Source: an uncultured Gammaproteobacteria bacterium
GTDB lineage: Bacteria > Pseudomonadota > Gammaproteobacteria > JABCZS01
Length of the DNA: 64,000 nt
NCBI GenBank assembly: GCA_963848305.1
Contig: CAWKDC010000001.1
Span: 800,001 to 864,000, forward strand
Direction of reading: 5' to 3'
This document shows, in pieces, positions 10,977 through 20,716 of this stretch (positions are counted from its first letter, which is position 1; each line of letters begins with the position of its first letter). The notes under the pieces are model-generated. The model saw only the letters and a program-made list of their open reading frames with translations. It searched no databases and was not told the DNA's origin. Position numbers and translations under genes: made by a program.

Positions 10977-13900
10977 TTAAGGCTCATCGAAGAACAGAAA
11001 GCCCTCATCATCGATGAGCGCAAGTTGTCCAGTCGCCACCCAGCCGGAAGTCTCTTCGAGCGGGGACATGCCCTGATTATCCAAATAGCCCAGCATTCTA
11101 AACGGTGTTTTGACCCACAGTTCACCCCTTTCGCCGTGAGGTAACTCCACATGGCTTTCAGGAGACACAATTTTAACAGATACATATGGCAACGGCTGCC
11201 CTACGGATCCCAACTTCGACCCGCGTTGCAATTGCCCCGGCGCACGCACATTCGGCGTGTTCATCGCAATTGGGCCAAGCTCTGGCGTGCCATAACCCTC
11301 AAGCAACAATAAACCAAATCGGTCTTGAAAAGCTTGTAGAAAATCCGCAGCCATCGGTTCACCATACGAAATGGCAAAACGAATAAAACTAAAATCTTCT
11401 GGACGCACCTCATCATAGTATCGATGATAAGTTTTTGCAATATCGAACAAGATGGTTGCCTTTGTATGACGCACGAATTCGCCAATGTCTCTGGGCTCGC
11501 GATGCGGGTCACCATAATAAAATACACCCATGCCCGATAATAAGGGAAACCAAAAAGACCCCAGTGTGCCCATCGTGGTATAAAAAGGAACGACGCCTAA
11601 GACACGATCACGGCTACTGGTCTCATTAAATACTTGTGCAAAACTCAGCACAGGGGCAATCACACCTTGATGCGACAAAGCAAGCGGACGCTTGACTTCA
11701 TCATGTGTCCAGATCACCACGGCGGGATCATGCGGATTTTTGATGGGAAAACCCAACACGCGCATTAATAAGCGTGCAGGCAAGATTAATAATGAATGGA
11801 TATAAAGAGGATAAGCGAATGGGATGGTGGATTTCCATAGATTAAAATCTTCCAAGCCCGCAGGCACTAAATGTCCTAATGCTTCAATACGTTCCTCTGT
11901 CGTGAAAATATGCTGTAATTGCGCGCTTTTCATGTGCTGCTCTAATTTGACAGGATCACGAGACAATGGCAAATTCACCACCATCTTCCCTGCGAAAACA
12001 GCCGCTAAATTTAAAATAGTGGCATCCACACTCGGCGGCAACAACACACCTATTCGATCGACCTCTCCATATTGCTGTTGCAAGCGCTTCGCCATGTGCA
12101 TACTTTTCGTTAATAACATCCCATAAGTGAGTGTCGGGCTGACATTATCACCAACAGCCGGCTGCCAGGTACGCCAACGGGTTGCTTGCAGTAATCGAAT
12201 GGGTAATATATCGTTTCTTGATTGCGAATGTGCCTGCGCTTCATTGCCCAACTCTTGAACACGTTGACGCACTTCCCACGCCTGACTATGAGAAGGCATT
12301 GGCTCACCAAACGAAACACCCACTTCAATTGGGAGACGCCGTGGCAGTTTCCAAAAAAACTTCCCTTGTGAATAGGAAAAAATACTGTCCCATAATTTAT
12401 CTAAATTCACGGGGATAATGGGAGCATCCAACCCTTCCATGATCCGCTCAAATCCTCGACGAAATGGCAATAAATTACCCGTGCGCGTGATACGCCCTTC
12501 TGCGAAAATACACACCACGTGACCCGACATCAATGCTTCTCTGGCTGCCAATAATGCTGCATCAACATCTTTTGAGCCACCTTCGATCGGAATTGCATGG
12601 GCAAGTTTGAGTATCCATCGAAATGCCCTCATCTCATAATAATCACGATGCACAAGATATCGAATAAATCGGGGCACCACAGCGCTGATGATCAAGGCAT
12701 CAATGAATGAGACATGGTTGCACACAATCAGGGCAGGACCTGTTTTAGGCAAATTTTCTTCGTTGTAAACATGCACTCGGTAAATGGTGTGCATGATCAT
12801 GAGTAATATAAAGCGCACGAAAAATGCTGGCAGTAAATAAACAGCAAACATTGTTGCGCCGAGTGTCATGAGCCCCCAAAATAGAAAAATGTTTGATGGG
12901 TTGAGCTCGAGATAGCGTTGCAACACCAATGTGATCATTAAGCCCATGGCCATCGCACTGTCTGCAAAGAAATTGTTGGTGGCAATCAGACGTCCTTTTT
13001 GGCGCGGTTGCGGCAAATCTTGCAGCAACGATTTTAATGGAACAATGAAAAAGCCTGTGAAAATACTCGAGATCGTTAAGAAAGCGTATGTCCCCCACAA
13101 ACCCGGTTCAAAAAAACCTAAGCAAGTCATACCAACCGCGGTTCCCCCCAATCCCAGGGGAATCAAACCATATTCAATGCGTTCTCCTGAAATACGACCC
13201 GCCAATAAACTGCCCACGCTAATGCCAACAGCTGTCATCACCATCAGCGCTGCCGTGCCTGCATGACTGGTTCCCAATACTTTTTCAGCATACATCAATA
13301 AATTAGTCTGAAAAACCATGGCCAAGCACCAGAAAAAACAAACGCCTGCCACCACTAGGCTTAAAAATCGATGACCACGCAACACTGACAAACCAGATAA
13401 CACTTCTCCCCACGGGTTGAATCGAAAACGTCTGCGCTTCGCTTTGGCCAGTACTTTCGGAATGAAAAAACTGGTGAAGATGCCCAGGACTGCCACTGCG
13501 ATCAGGATCATGGCATTGATCCACATATGATGACGGAACAATTGCAACAAAAGACCACCCAACCCGCCGCCTAAAATGATCGCAACATAAGTCGATGTTT
13601 CTATCAACCCATTCGCACGCGCGAGGGCTTCACGCGGCACGAGCTCGGGCACAATCCCATATTTAGCCGGGCTGAACATGGTTGTCTGTGTGGCCATCGC
13701 AAAAACAACACCCAGCAATAAGACATGCGCCTCTTTTTCTAATGCCCCCATGGCAAATACCATGCAGGCTAATTCTGCAAATTTTGCGCAGATCATCACG
13801 GTGCGCTTGCTGAATTTATCGGCAAAATATCCAGAATAACCTGAAAATAAAATACCAGGGATCAAGAAAATAAGACCGATCAATGAAATGGTTTCTCCAT

Positions 13901-14054
13901 GAACGGCTGTTTCCACCAATAAGAGTGACACAATTAATCGGTACAAATTGTCGTTCAATGCGCTTAGAAACTGTGTGACCAAAAAGGCCATAAACCCACG
14001 GTTTATCAATAAATCGCGATAAGAATTCACTGTCGTGATCACACTATTTTCCAT
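10977..14054 (-). CDS. LplT-Aas fusion: MFS lysophospholipid transporter, acyltransferase and eroded adenylation domain
   Basis: N-terminal MFS (TQFLSALNDN, FSPAKYG); PlsC motifs NHVSFID and FAEGRITRTG; C-terminal LLEGYG with lost A3 motif. Confidence 0.88.
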   Translation of the reverse strand: MENSVITTVNSYRDLLINRGFMAFLVTQFLSALNDNLYRLIVSLLLVETAVHGETISLIGLIFLIPGILFSGYSGYFADKFSKRTVMICAKFAELACMVFAMGALEKEAHVLLLGVVFAMATQTTMFSPAKYGIVPELVPREALARANGLIETSTYVAIILGGGLGGLLLQLFRHHMWINAMILIAVAVLGIFTSFFIPKVLAKAKRRRFRFNPWGEVLSGLSVLRGHRFLSLVVAGVCFFWCLAMVFQTNLLMYAEKVLGTSHAGTAALMVMTAVGISVGSLLAGRISGERIEYGLIPLGLGGTAVGMTCLGFFEPGLWGTYAFLTISSIFTGFFIVPLKSLLQDLPQPRQKGRLIATNNFFADSAMAMGLMITLVLQRYLELNPSNIFLFWGLMTLGATMFAVYLLPAFFVRFILLMIMHTIYRVHVYNEENLPKTGPALIVCNHVSFIDALIISAVVPRFIRYLVHRDYYEMRAFRWILKLAHAIPIEGGSKDVDAALLAAREALMSGHVVCIFAEGRITRTGNLLPFRRGFERIMEGLDAPIIPVNLDKLWDSIFSYSQGKFFWKLPRRLPIEVGVSFGEPMPSHSQAWEVRQRVQELGNEAQAHSQSRNDILPIRLLQATRWRTWQPAVGDNVSPTLTYGMLLTKSMHMAKRLQQQYGEVDRIGVLLPPSVDATILNLAAVFAGKMVVNLPLSRDPVKLEQHMKSAQLQHIFTTEERIEALGHLVPAGLEDFNLWKSTIPFAYPLYIHSLLILPARLLMRVLGFPIKNPHDPAVVIWTHDEVKRPLALSHQGVIAPVLSFAQVFNETSSRDRVLGVVPFYTTMGTLGSFWFPLLSGMGVFYYGDPHREPRDIGEFVRHTKATILFDIAKTYHRYYDEVRPEDFSFIRFAISYGEPMAADFLQAFQDRFGLLLLEGYGTPELGPIAMNTPNVRAPGQLQRGSKLGSVGQPLPYVSVKIVSPESHVELPHGERGELWVKTPFRMLGYLDNQGMSPLEETSGWVATGQLALIDDEGFLFFDEP

Positions 14055-14066
14055 TCACAATTCCTT

Positions 14067-14591
14067 TTATGACATCACACGTTGCGACAAGCGCATACAG
14101 AAACCCTCTTCACACTTTATCACCCATTGTTTCTTAAACAACGTACCCGAGGGATGGGCTCCTAACGCGTTGAAACGATAAAAAACGACATCTTCGTCAA
14201 GCGACTCCATGATCACATGCACCTCAATCCCGCTAGCATCACGCAAATGCACAGCCCTTTGGCTGATACGCCAAACGGATGGCGGCGCTGTGGGCCAGGT
14301 GTTAACACCCTCCCAGGGACTTTCTCCCGCAGGAAATGCATCTGGTCGCTGAACTAGGTTTGCCAGAGCCTTGTCTACCGCGAATGCCGTTCTCACGGTC
14401 GCATCGTGCCACTGGTTCACACGCGCCAAATGCATCTGTTGGCTGGCGATATGCATTGCGCCTAGAGATAATAATAGCAGGAGAAGCAAGATGGGAGAGA
14501 GGATCTCGCCGTTCTGGTAACAACCCCCACGCAATGGGTGCACAGATGCACCGCCTCTTTTATCTAATTCCCTACCCATATCGTCATCCAT
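14067..14591 (-). CDS. PilX-like minor pilin (divergent)
   Basis: QNG followed by one hydrophobic helix; third gene of a pilV-W-X-like run; C-terminal YRFNALG. Confidence 0.5.
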   Translation of the reverse strand: MDDDMGRELDKRGGASVHPLRGGCYQNGEILSPILLLLLLLSLGAMHIASQQMHLARVNQWHDATVRTAFAVDKALANLVQRPDAFPAGESPWEGVNTWPTAPPSVWRISQRAVHLRDASGIEVHVIMESLDEDVVFYRFNALGAHPSGTLFKKQWVIKCEEGFCMRLSQRVMS

Positions 14592-15238
14592 TCGTGTTGA
14601 TACTTGACCTGTACTGTGAGTAGCCCCCCATCAAATTCACAGCGAAACCCTTCCAAATGGGACAACAGGTTAAGCGCGTCTTTGGATGGGGATATCGATT
14701 TCTGCATCAATCCTAACCCATCCTCTGTGTGCTGAAGGTAAAACGCCGTGATTTCCCAGGGACTAATCACTTTGTGAGCACGGTATTCATGCTTAAAAGT
14801 GATGCTTGCCCCCTCCGATTGCCGGTAGATTTCGGCATGAAACCCATCATCTATCGCGTACCATCCCGACGCAGGATATTCCGATGAGGGATTGGCAGCT
14901 TCTAGGATCAGCACATCAGATCCTTTTGCCACCTTGCCATGTAATTCAATGGGTAATGCGGGCGACCATCCGTGTGCAAGCGCATGATGTACCGTGATTG
15001 CTCGACTCGGTATTGATTGAATCCCTGAAAACCCGGCATTTTGAACAAGCGGCTCCAGCCGTAATAGTATTTGTCGAACGATATTCAGTCGCGCAATGTC
15101 TTTTTTCACTTGATCTCCTGCTCGATGCTGCACCACAAACATGCTTTCACATATCAATAGAATGGTTGCCATTAAACCCATTGCAACCAAACACTCTAGC
15201 AGTGAAAAGCCTCTTATTATTCTAAAACCCAACACGCA
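14564..15238 (-). CDS. PilW-like type IV minor pilin (start approximate)
   Basis: Prepilin motif RG-FSLLECLVAM, AGFSG, GSDVLIL. Confidence 0.75.
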   Translation of the reverse strand, partial: CVLGFRIIRGFSLLECLVAMGLMATILLICESMFVVQHRAGDQVKKDIARLNIVRQILLRLEPLVQNAGFSGIQSIPSRAITVHHALAHGWSPALPIELHGKVAKGSDVLILEAANPSSEYPASGWYAIDDGFHAEIYRQSEGASITFKHEYRAHKVISPWEITAFYLQHTEDGLGLMQKSISPSKDALNLLSHLEGFRCEFDGGLLTVQVKYQHEWMTIWVGN

Positions 15239-15540
15239 CTGCCCTCCCAACACAATTGAATAGCACCTTGCGGGTGCCAATCGATGTGAGTGTCGGGTGC
15301 AGGCAATGTGTTTTTCAAACTGTCTTCCCAATGACTATGCACCGAATAGATATAATGTTGTTGAATATAACGCGCACTCGTCGCATGGATGAGCGCCCAA
15401 GTTTGCGCTTGTAATATTTTCTGATGACGCAATGATTTTACGTGTAAAATCAACAATAATGACAATGCAATGCCTACGCAACTCAGTGCGATGAGACATT
15501 GCAGCAGCATGAAGCCATGGATGTTGAGGTTTGTGCGCAT
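15217..15540 (-). CDS. PilV-like minor pilin (divergent)
   Basis: HG-FMLLQCLIAL prepilin-like motif, W...L...LP. Confidence 0.6.
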   Translation of the reverse strand: MRTNLNIHGFMLLQCLIALSCVGIALSLLLILHVKSLRHQKILQAQTWALIHATSARYIQQHYIYSVHSHWEDSLKNTLPAPDTHIDWHPQGAIQLCWEGSACWVLE

Positions 15541-15754
15541 TTTTTATTTTTATGTTGTGAGCGTGCGAAGAATATTAAATGATGTAAAATGAAATGTCAA
15601 GGAGCTTGCATTTTTTATCTGAATGACAGCTGTTTATCATCGCGATGTTCTGTTTGCGCCTGAACTTTTCGCCTTATCAGCTTCCTTCCAAGCACCGGAA
15701 CGCTCGAGCACTCGGATCGATTCATTAGCATCATACTTTTTATTTGGCATATTA

Positions 15755-16015
15755 TCATAGAATTTCTTCTATTGATTTAGCATCCAATACCCTTTCGGCC
15801 AGTTCAAGCAAATCTTCCGCAGATTTGCCTTTCAGAATCAGCTCTTGCGATTCAGATAATGTGCCAAAACGTTTCATGAGCAGACGCTTGAGCATGGCGA
15901 ATTCACCTTTTTGCCGACCTTGTTCCAAACCCTGTTCCAAACCCTGTTGCATTCCCTCTTGCAATCCTTCTGCAATGGCCTTTTGTTTCCAAATATCAAT
16001 GTTTCGACTTAACAT
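15755..16015 (-). CDS. Putative internally translated small protein (RpnS-type antitoxin), 86 aa
   Basis: In-frame ATG at 16015 preceded by AGGAGGAG (16024-16031) with an 8-nt spacer. Confidence 0.7.
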   Translation of the reverse strand: MLSRNIDIWKQKAIAEGLQEGMQQGLEQGLEQGRQKGEFAMLKRLLMKRFGTLSESQELILKGKSAEDLLELAERVLDAKSIEEIL

Positions 16016-16741
16016 ATTTACCACTCCTCCTAATTCATTGGCTGTTGATTGGGGCAAAATCTTTTTTTCTTTCAGCACCCGATTGATATAAACAGCGAAA
16101 GCTCGTCGTAAGCTATCAAACTCTTGCCCCTGTAAACGCTCCCCTAGACGTCGAACTCTTTCTGGTATCTCAGAGGATTCCTGACATTGCTCAATCGCTA
16201 CCAAGGAAGTGACCAAGTTGTCATTATTATCGGATTTGTCAATTATATACCTCCCCTCATCCAAAAGCCAACACTCCAGGTCAGGTTGATATTTTTTCAA
16301 TATTTTCGGCAAGTTATCTGGAACGAGTTGACTGAAACTGACGGCAGCATTCCACGGTTTTTCTCCTGCATACAATATCATCGGTAAAACTGGCGGCAAT
16401 TGCTTTGATTGCCTTACTTCACCATCTTCTTTAATAATATCCTGATAAATGAGCGAGATATAAGATAGCATCCTAACAACCATAAATGGGTCGATGGTTG
16501 ATTGAAATTCAATCAACATCAGCAAGTACAGCCATTGCCCTTTCCATTGTACTTTCCAAACAATATCTGATGCACGCTCACGCAGATTTTCGTCGATGTA
16601 TTCTTTGTTAAGTCTGCGCAATGTTTGAAAATCTAACTCGTGTACCAAATCGTGATCAAAAAAACCAGTTAACAAGTCCTTGATCATTGCTGGCTCTGAG
16701 AAAAGCAGTTTATAGGAGTGATCGTAATCAATTTTTTTCAT
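15755..16741 (-). CDS. Rpn/YhgA-family PD-(D/E)XK nuclease with C-terminal DUF4351-like domain
   Basis: DHSYKLLF, SDIVWKV, LIEFQS, PPVLPMILY.G..PW, (EG/QG)n repeats. Confidence 0.93.
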   Translation of the reverse strand: MKKIDYDHSYKLLFSEPAMIKDLLTGFFDHDLVHELDFQTLRRLNKEYIDENLRERASDIVWKVQWKGQWLYLLMLIEFQSTIDPFMVVRMLSYISLIYQDIIKEDGEVRQSKQLPPVLPMILYAGEKPWNAAVSFSQLVPDNLPKILKKYQPDLECWLLDEGRYIIDKSDNNDNLVTSLVAIEQCQESSEIPERVRRLGERLQGQEFDSLRRAFAVYINRVLKEKKILPQSTANELGGVVNMLSRNIDIWKQKAIAEGLQEGMQQGLEQGLEQGRQKGEFAMLKRLLMKRFGTLSESQELILKGKSAEDLLELAERVLDAKSIEEIL

Positions 16742-16795
16742 AGTAGCACCTTTATTATTATTAATTGCGTGCATACTACCACAAATCAAAATGTT

Positions 16796-17683
16796 TTACA
16801 CCATCGTACGGGGATGCAAACGCCCATCGATCATTTCGCCAAGACCCAGCAGACGGTTATTCGGATCGAGAATACGCACAAAACCAGTCTCAGGAGCATC
16901 GGACAAGGTAATCGACTGGCCTTGCGTAATGTAATGCACCGCAACCATCGGCAAATGCACTGCAGGAAAATGCATCATCGCGCTCGATAAAGGCTGAACT
17001 GTTTTTAATAATGCATCCATGCCTTCTTCTTGATGTATTTTTTTTAAATCATCGAGAGAATGTAATGATTCACTCAAAAACGGCCCGACTTGTGTGCGAT
17101 GCAATGCATGCACATGAGCAACGGTACCCAATTTTTTTGCGATGTCTTCAACGAGCGTGCGTACATAGGTTCCCTTAGAGCAACGAACGCGCGCGTGAAA
17201 ATAATTGTCTTCAACGCCAAGCAATGTGAGCTCATGCAAAGTAATCTCACGCGCAGGTCGATCAATCTCAATACCGGCACGGGCGTATTCATATAAAGGG
17301 CGGCCTTGATGTTTGATTGCAGCGTACATCGAGGGAATTTGAAAGGTTGTGCCTAAAAAACCGTCAAACACATAAGGAATATTGTTTGCCCATCCTTCAG
17401 GTGGTGCCACTTCGGCAATCACATCGCCTTCGCGATCCGCTGTGCTGGTTTGTTGGCCGAGTGCCGCTGTGAATTCGTACGTTTTATCTGAATCGAGTAA
17501 ATACTGTGAAAAACGCGTGGCGGCACCAAAACAAATCGGTAACATGCCTGTCGCAAGCGGATCAAGGCTGCCTGTGTGTCCGGCTTTTTTGGCTTGAAAC
17601 AAACGTTTGACATCTTGCAGTGCATGATTAGAGGTTCGTTCGATTGCTTTATTGAGGAGGAGAAAGCCGGTGATGTTTTGCAT
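16796..17683 (-). CDS. truB: tRNA pseudouridine-55 synthase
   Basis: KAGHTGSLDPLATG, CSKGTYVR; follows rbfA. Confidence 0.97.
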   Translation of the reverse strand: MQNITGFLLLNKAIERTSNHALQDVKRLFQAKKAGHTGSLDPLATGMLPICFGAATRFSQYLLDSDKTYEFTAALGQQTSTADREGDVIAEVAPPEGWANNIPYVFDGFLGTTFQIPSMYAAIKHQGRPLYEYARAGIEIDRPAREITLHELTLLGVEDNYFHARVRCSKGTYVRTLVEDIAKKLGTVAHVHALHRTQVGPFLSESLHSLDDLKKIHQEEGMDALLKTVQPLSSAMMHFPAVHLPMVAVHYITQGQSITLSDAPETGFVRILDPNNRLLGLGEMIDGRLHPRTMV

Positions 17684-17728
17684 GTGTATTGTCCTGATTA
17701 ATAAATCCCCCGATTCGCGCACGTACGT

Positions 17729-17749
17729 GTAGGGGCCATATTTGCGCTC
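17729..17749 (+). repeat. Degenerate GTAG REP copy
   Basis: GTAGGGGCCATATTTGCGCTC compared with consensus GTAGGGGCGCATATTTGCGCCC. Confidence 0.6.
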
Positions 17750-17767
17750 GTGACCCACACAGGGATC

Positions 17768-18091
17768 CTACAATAACGATTCGATTAATCGAATTTGATC
17801 AAGCGTATCATCGTAATGAAAAAATAATTCGGGGGTTGAGCGCATTTTTAAACTGCGCGCGAGTTCGGTCCGTAAAAAACCTTTAGCGCTGGTGAGTACC
17901 TTGTCAATGCCAGGCGTCGGGGTGATCAGTGTGTAAAATACTTTTGCCGTACGCAAATCCGCAGCCACTTGGACACGTGTGATATTCACTTGTTTTAATC
18001 GCTCATCTTCTGTTTTTGTCAACAAAACCTCAGCCAACAGGCGTGCGATTTGTTTGTTGACGCGATCGGTTCTTTTAAAACTTGTCGGCAT
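17768..18091 (-). CDS. rbfA: Ribosome-binding factor A
   Basis: RTDRV, DLRTAKVF, PELFFHYD; infB-rbfA-truB order. Confidence 0.95.
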   Translation of the reverse strand: MPTSFKRTDRVNKQIARLLAEVLLTKTEDERLKQVNITRVQVAADLRTAKVFYTLITPTPGIDKVLTSAKGFLRTELARSLKMRSTPELFFHYDDTLDQIRLIESLL

Positions 18092-18141
18092 AACTTCTCC
18101 GATGATCGGTTCACACTACAACCCCCTCCCCTTCGGGGCAC

Positions 18142-18163
18142 GGGCGCAAATATGCGCCCCTAC
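18142..18163 (-). repeat. GTAG REP copy overlapping the infB stop codon
   Basis: GTAGGGGCGCATATTTGCGCCC. Confidence 0.85.
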
Positions 18164-20688
18164 AGGGTACGTACTACCTGAACCTTTTCATATACTTCAA
18201 TTTGATCGCCCGGCTTGATATCGTTATAATTTTTAACACCGATACCACATTCCATGCCTTGACGCACTTCTGACACGTCATCTTTAAAGCGGCGCAAGGA
18301 TTCCAATTGTCCTTCAAACACAACCACATTGTTGCGCAAGACACGGATTGGCAAATTGCGCTTGATCGTGCCATCGATGACCATACACCCGGCAATCGCG
18401 CCGAGTTTGGAGGAACGGAATACATCACGCACTTCAGCAAGACCCTGCGTTTCTTCTTTAAACTGCGGCAACAACATGCCGGTTAAAGATGCCTTCACAT
18501 GATCAATGATGTTGTAAATAATGCTGTAATAATGCAGCTCCACGCCTTCGTTCGATGCAATACGTTTTGCGCTCGCATCTGCACGGACGTTGAAACCCAC
18601 GAGCAATGCATTCGAAGCCAATGCCAATGTCACATCAGATTCGTTGATACCACCGACACCACTGCCGATGATTTTCACGCGAACCTCATCATTTGATAAT
18701 TTGGTTAAGGAATCTGTGATGGCTTCCACAGAACCTTGAACATCTGCTTTTAACACCACATTCAGCGTGCGCACATCGTCTTTGCCCATTTGTGTGAGCA
18801 GGCCTTCCATTTTCTGTTTGTGTTGCTTCGCAAATTTCAATTCACGGTGTTTGGCTTGGCGATACAATGCGACTTCGCGCGCTTTGCGTTCGTTATCAAC
18901 AACAAGCATGTCGTCACCAGCATTTGGCACACCTGACAGCCCTAAAATTTCAACTGGGGTTGAAGGACCGGCTGCCTCAAGTTGTTGCCCTGTTTCGTTA
19001 TACATGGCTCGCACACGACCATGTTGCAAGCCGACCAAAATAATATCGCCAGGATGCAACGTACCTTGTTGAACCAATACAGACGCAACCACCCCGCGGC
19101 CTTTATCCAGACGAGATTCAATCACCACACCTTTTGCGGGACCGTCAGGTGCGGCTTTCAATTCTAACACTTCTGCTTGAACCAAAATAGAATCGAGCAA
19201 CGCATCAACACCCATCCCTGTTTTTGCGGATACAGGCACAAACATGGTTTGACCGCCCCATTCTTCAGCGACCAAATCATGTGCGGTTAATGCTGTTTTA
19301 ATGGCTTCTGGATCTGCGCCGGGCTTATCCATTTTGTTAACGGCCACAATCAATGGCACATTGGCCGCTTTCGCATGTTGAATGGCTTCAATCGTTTGAG
19401 GCATCACGCCATCATCGGCAGCCACGACCAATACCACCACGTCTGTGCACAGCGCACCGCGTGCGCGCATGGAGGTGAAGGCAGCATGGCCTGGTGTATC
19501 GAGGAAAGTAATTTCGCCTTTCTCTGTGTGCACTTGATAGGCACCAATATGTTGCGTGATACCACCCGCTTCGCCCGCTGTCACGCGGGTGCGCCGAATA
19601 TAATCCAACAATGACGTTTTACCATGATCGACGTGACCCATGATAGTGACGACTGGCGCGCGTGGTTTCAATTCGCCTTGAGTGCGCGTGAATAAGCTGT
19701 CGGTCAACGCACTTTCCAGCGCATTTTCTTGAATCAAAATTGGTTTATGACCCATTTCTTCGACAACAATGGCCGCAATTTCTTGATCAAGCACTTGGTT
19801 AATCGTGGCAATTACCCCCAAACGCATCATGCATTTGATCACTTCAGAGGCCTTCACCGCCATGCGCTGCGCCAATTCTCCGACAACAATTGTTTGAGGA
19901 ATGTGCACGTCACGAATGATGGGGCCAGTTGGGATCGCAAAACCGTGTTGTTGCTGGTCTTGATTGGAACGGTGTGCTTTCGGTTTTCTACGGCGACGAC
20001 GTGGTGCGCCGCCTGCGCTATCTTCACCTTCTTCGTCGATGGCACCAAAATCAAAACGGCTTCCGCCTGAACGTCCGCCAGCAGGTTCCCCACGACGGAC
20101 TGCTTTGCCACCTTTCTTGTTGCTGCGATCAGCATCTTTATCAGAGCTGCCCACACTGGGCGCTTGAGGACGGGTTTCATTACGTCTTGGTTTCTTTTTG
20201 TTATCTGCTTGAGCTGATTCACTCGTAGGCTTAGGCGCGGACAGCGGTTTGTTGGGATCAAAGACAACTTCATGCGTTGCAATGGGCGCAACCACAGGCG
20301 ATTCTGATACAGCTGTTTCGACGACGACTTCTGCCGCTTCAACTGGGACTTCAGGTTCAGGTTGTTCAACAGGTGTTTCTGTTTTTAAAGTACCTGCTTG
20401 AACGTAGGTTTTTTTGCGGCGGTAGTCAACTTTGACTGAACGATTGCCTGTTTGCCCTTCGGTTTTCAAGCTCACGACTTCGCGCCGTTTCAAGGTAATG
20501 CGCCCGGTTTCAGAGGCTTGTTGACCCTTATTCGCCAGGTAATTCAGCAATTTTTGGCGATGATCTGCCGTTAAAGGCAACGCCGTATCAATCGCTGTAT
20601 CCTTCCCCAAAGCCTCTTGGAGCAGCTTCTTAAGCTCGTTGACAGGTCTATCAAGCTTCTTTGCCAGCTGTTCAATGGTTTCGGCCAT
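18160..20688 (-). CDS. infB: Translation initiation factor IF-2
   Basis: [22 protein letters not shown]. Confidence 0.98.
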   Translation of the reverse strand: MAETIEQLAKKLDRPVNELKKLLQEALGKDTAIDTALPLTADHRQKLLNYLANKGQQASETGRITLKRREVVSLKTEGQTGNRSVKVDYRRKKTYVQAGTLKTETPVEQPEPEVPVEAAEVVVETAVSESPVVAPIATHEVVFDPNKPLSAPKPTSESAQADNKKKPRRNETRPQAPSVGSSDKDADRSNKKGGKAVRRGEPAGGRSGGSRFDFGAIDEEGEDSAGGAPRRRRRKPKAHRSNQDQQQHGFAIPTGPIIRDVHIPQTIVVGELAQRMAVKASEVIKCMMRLGVIATINQVLDQEIAAIVVEEMGHKPILIQENALESALTDSLFTRTQGELKPRAPVVTIMGHVDHGKTSLLDYIRRTRVTAGEAGGITQHIGAYQVHTEKGEITFLDTPGHAAFTSMRARGALCTDVVVLVVAADDGVMPQTIEAIQHAKAANVPLIVAVNKMDKPGADPEAIKTALTAHDLVAEEWGGQTMFVPVSAKTGMGVDALLDSILVQAEVLELKAAPDGPAKGVVIESRLDKGRGVVASVLVQQGTLHPGDIILVGLQHGRVRAMYNETGQQLEAAGPSTPVEILGLSGVPNAGDDMLVVDNERKAREVALYRQAKHRELKFAKQHKQKMEGLLTQMGKDDVRTLNVVLKADVQGSVEAITDSLTKLSNDEVRVKIIGSGVGGINESDVTLALASNALLVGFNVRADASAKRIASNEGVELHYYSIIYNIIDHVKASLTGMLLPQFKEETQGLAEVRDVFRSSKLGAIAGCMVIDGTIKRNLPIRVLRNNVVVFEGQLESLRRFKDDVSEVRQGMECGIGVKNYNDIKPGDQIEVYEKVQVVRTL

Positions 20689-20716
20689 TATCTCTCCTTA
20701 AAACACGCGATCGTCA

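Noticed and set aside
15917-15970. 12-bp tandem repeat as an independent VNTR
   Set aside because: Encodes the ordinary EG/QG repeats of Rpn proteins
17684-17758. N-terminal extensions of truB (also rplB, rplF, rpsD) in the ORF track
   Set aside because: Downstream ATGs with RBS match the family starts; the truB extension runs through a REP
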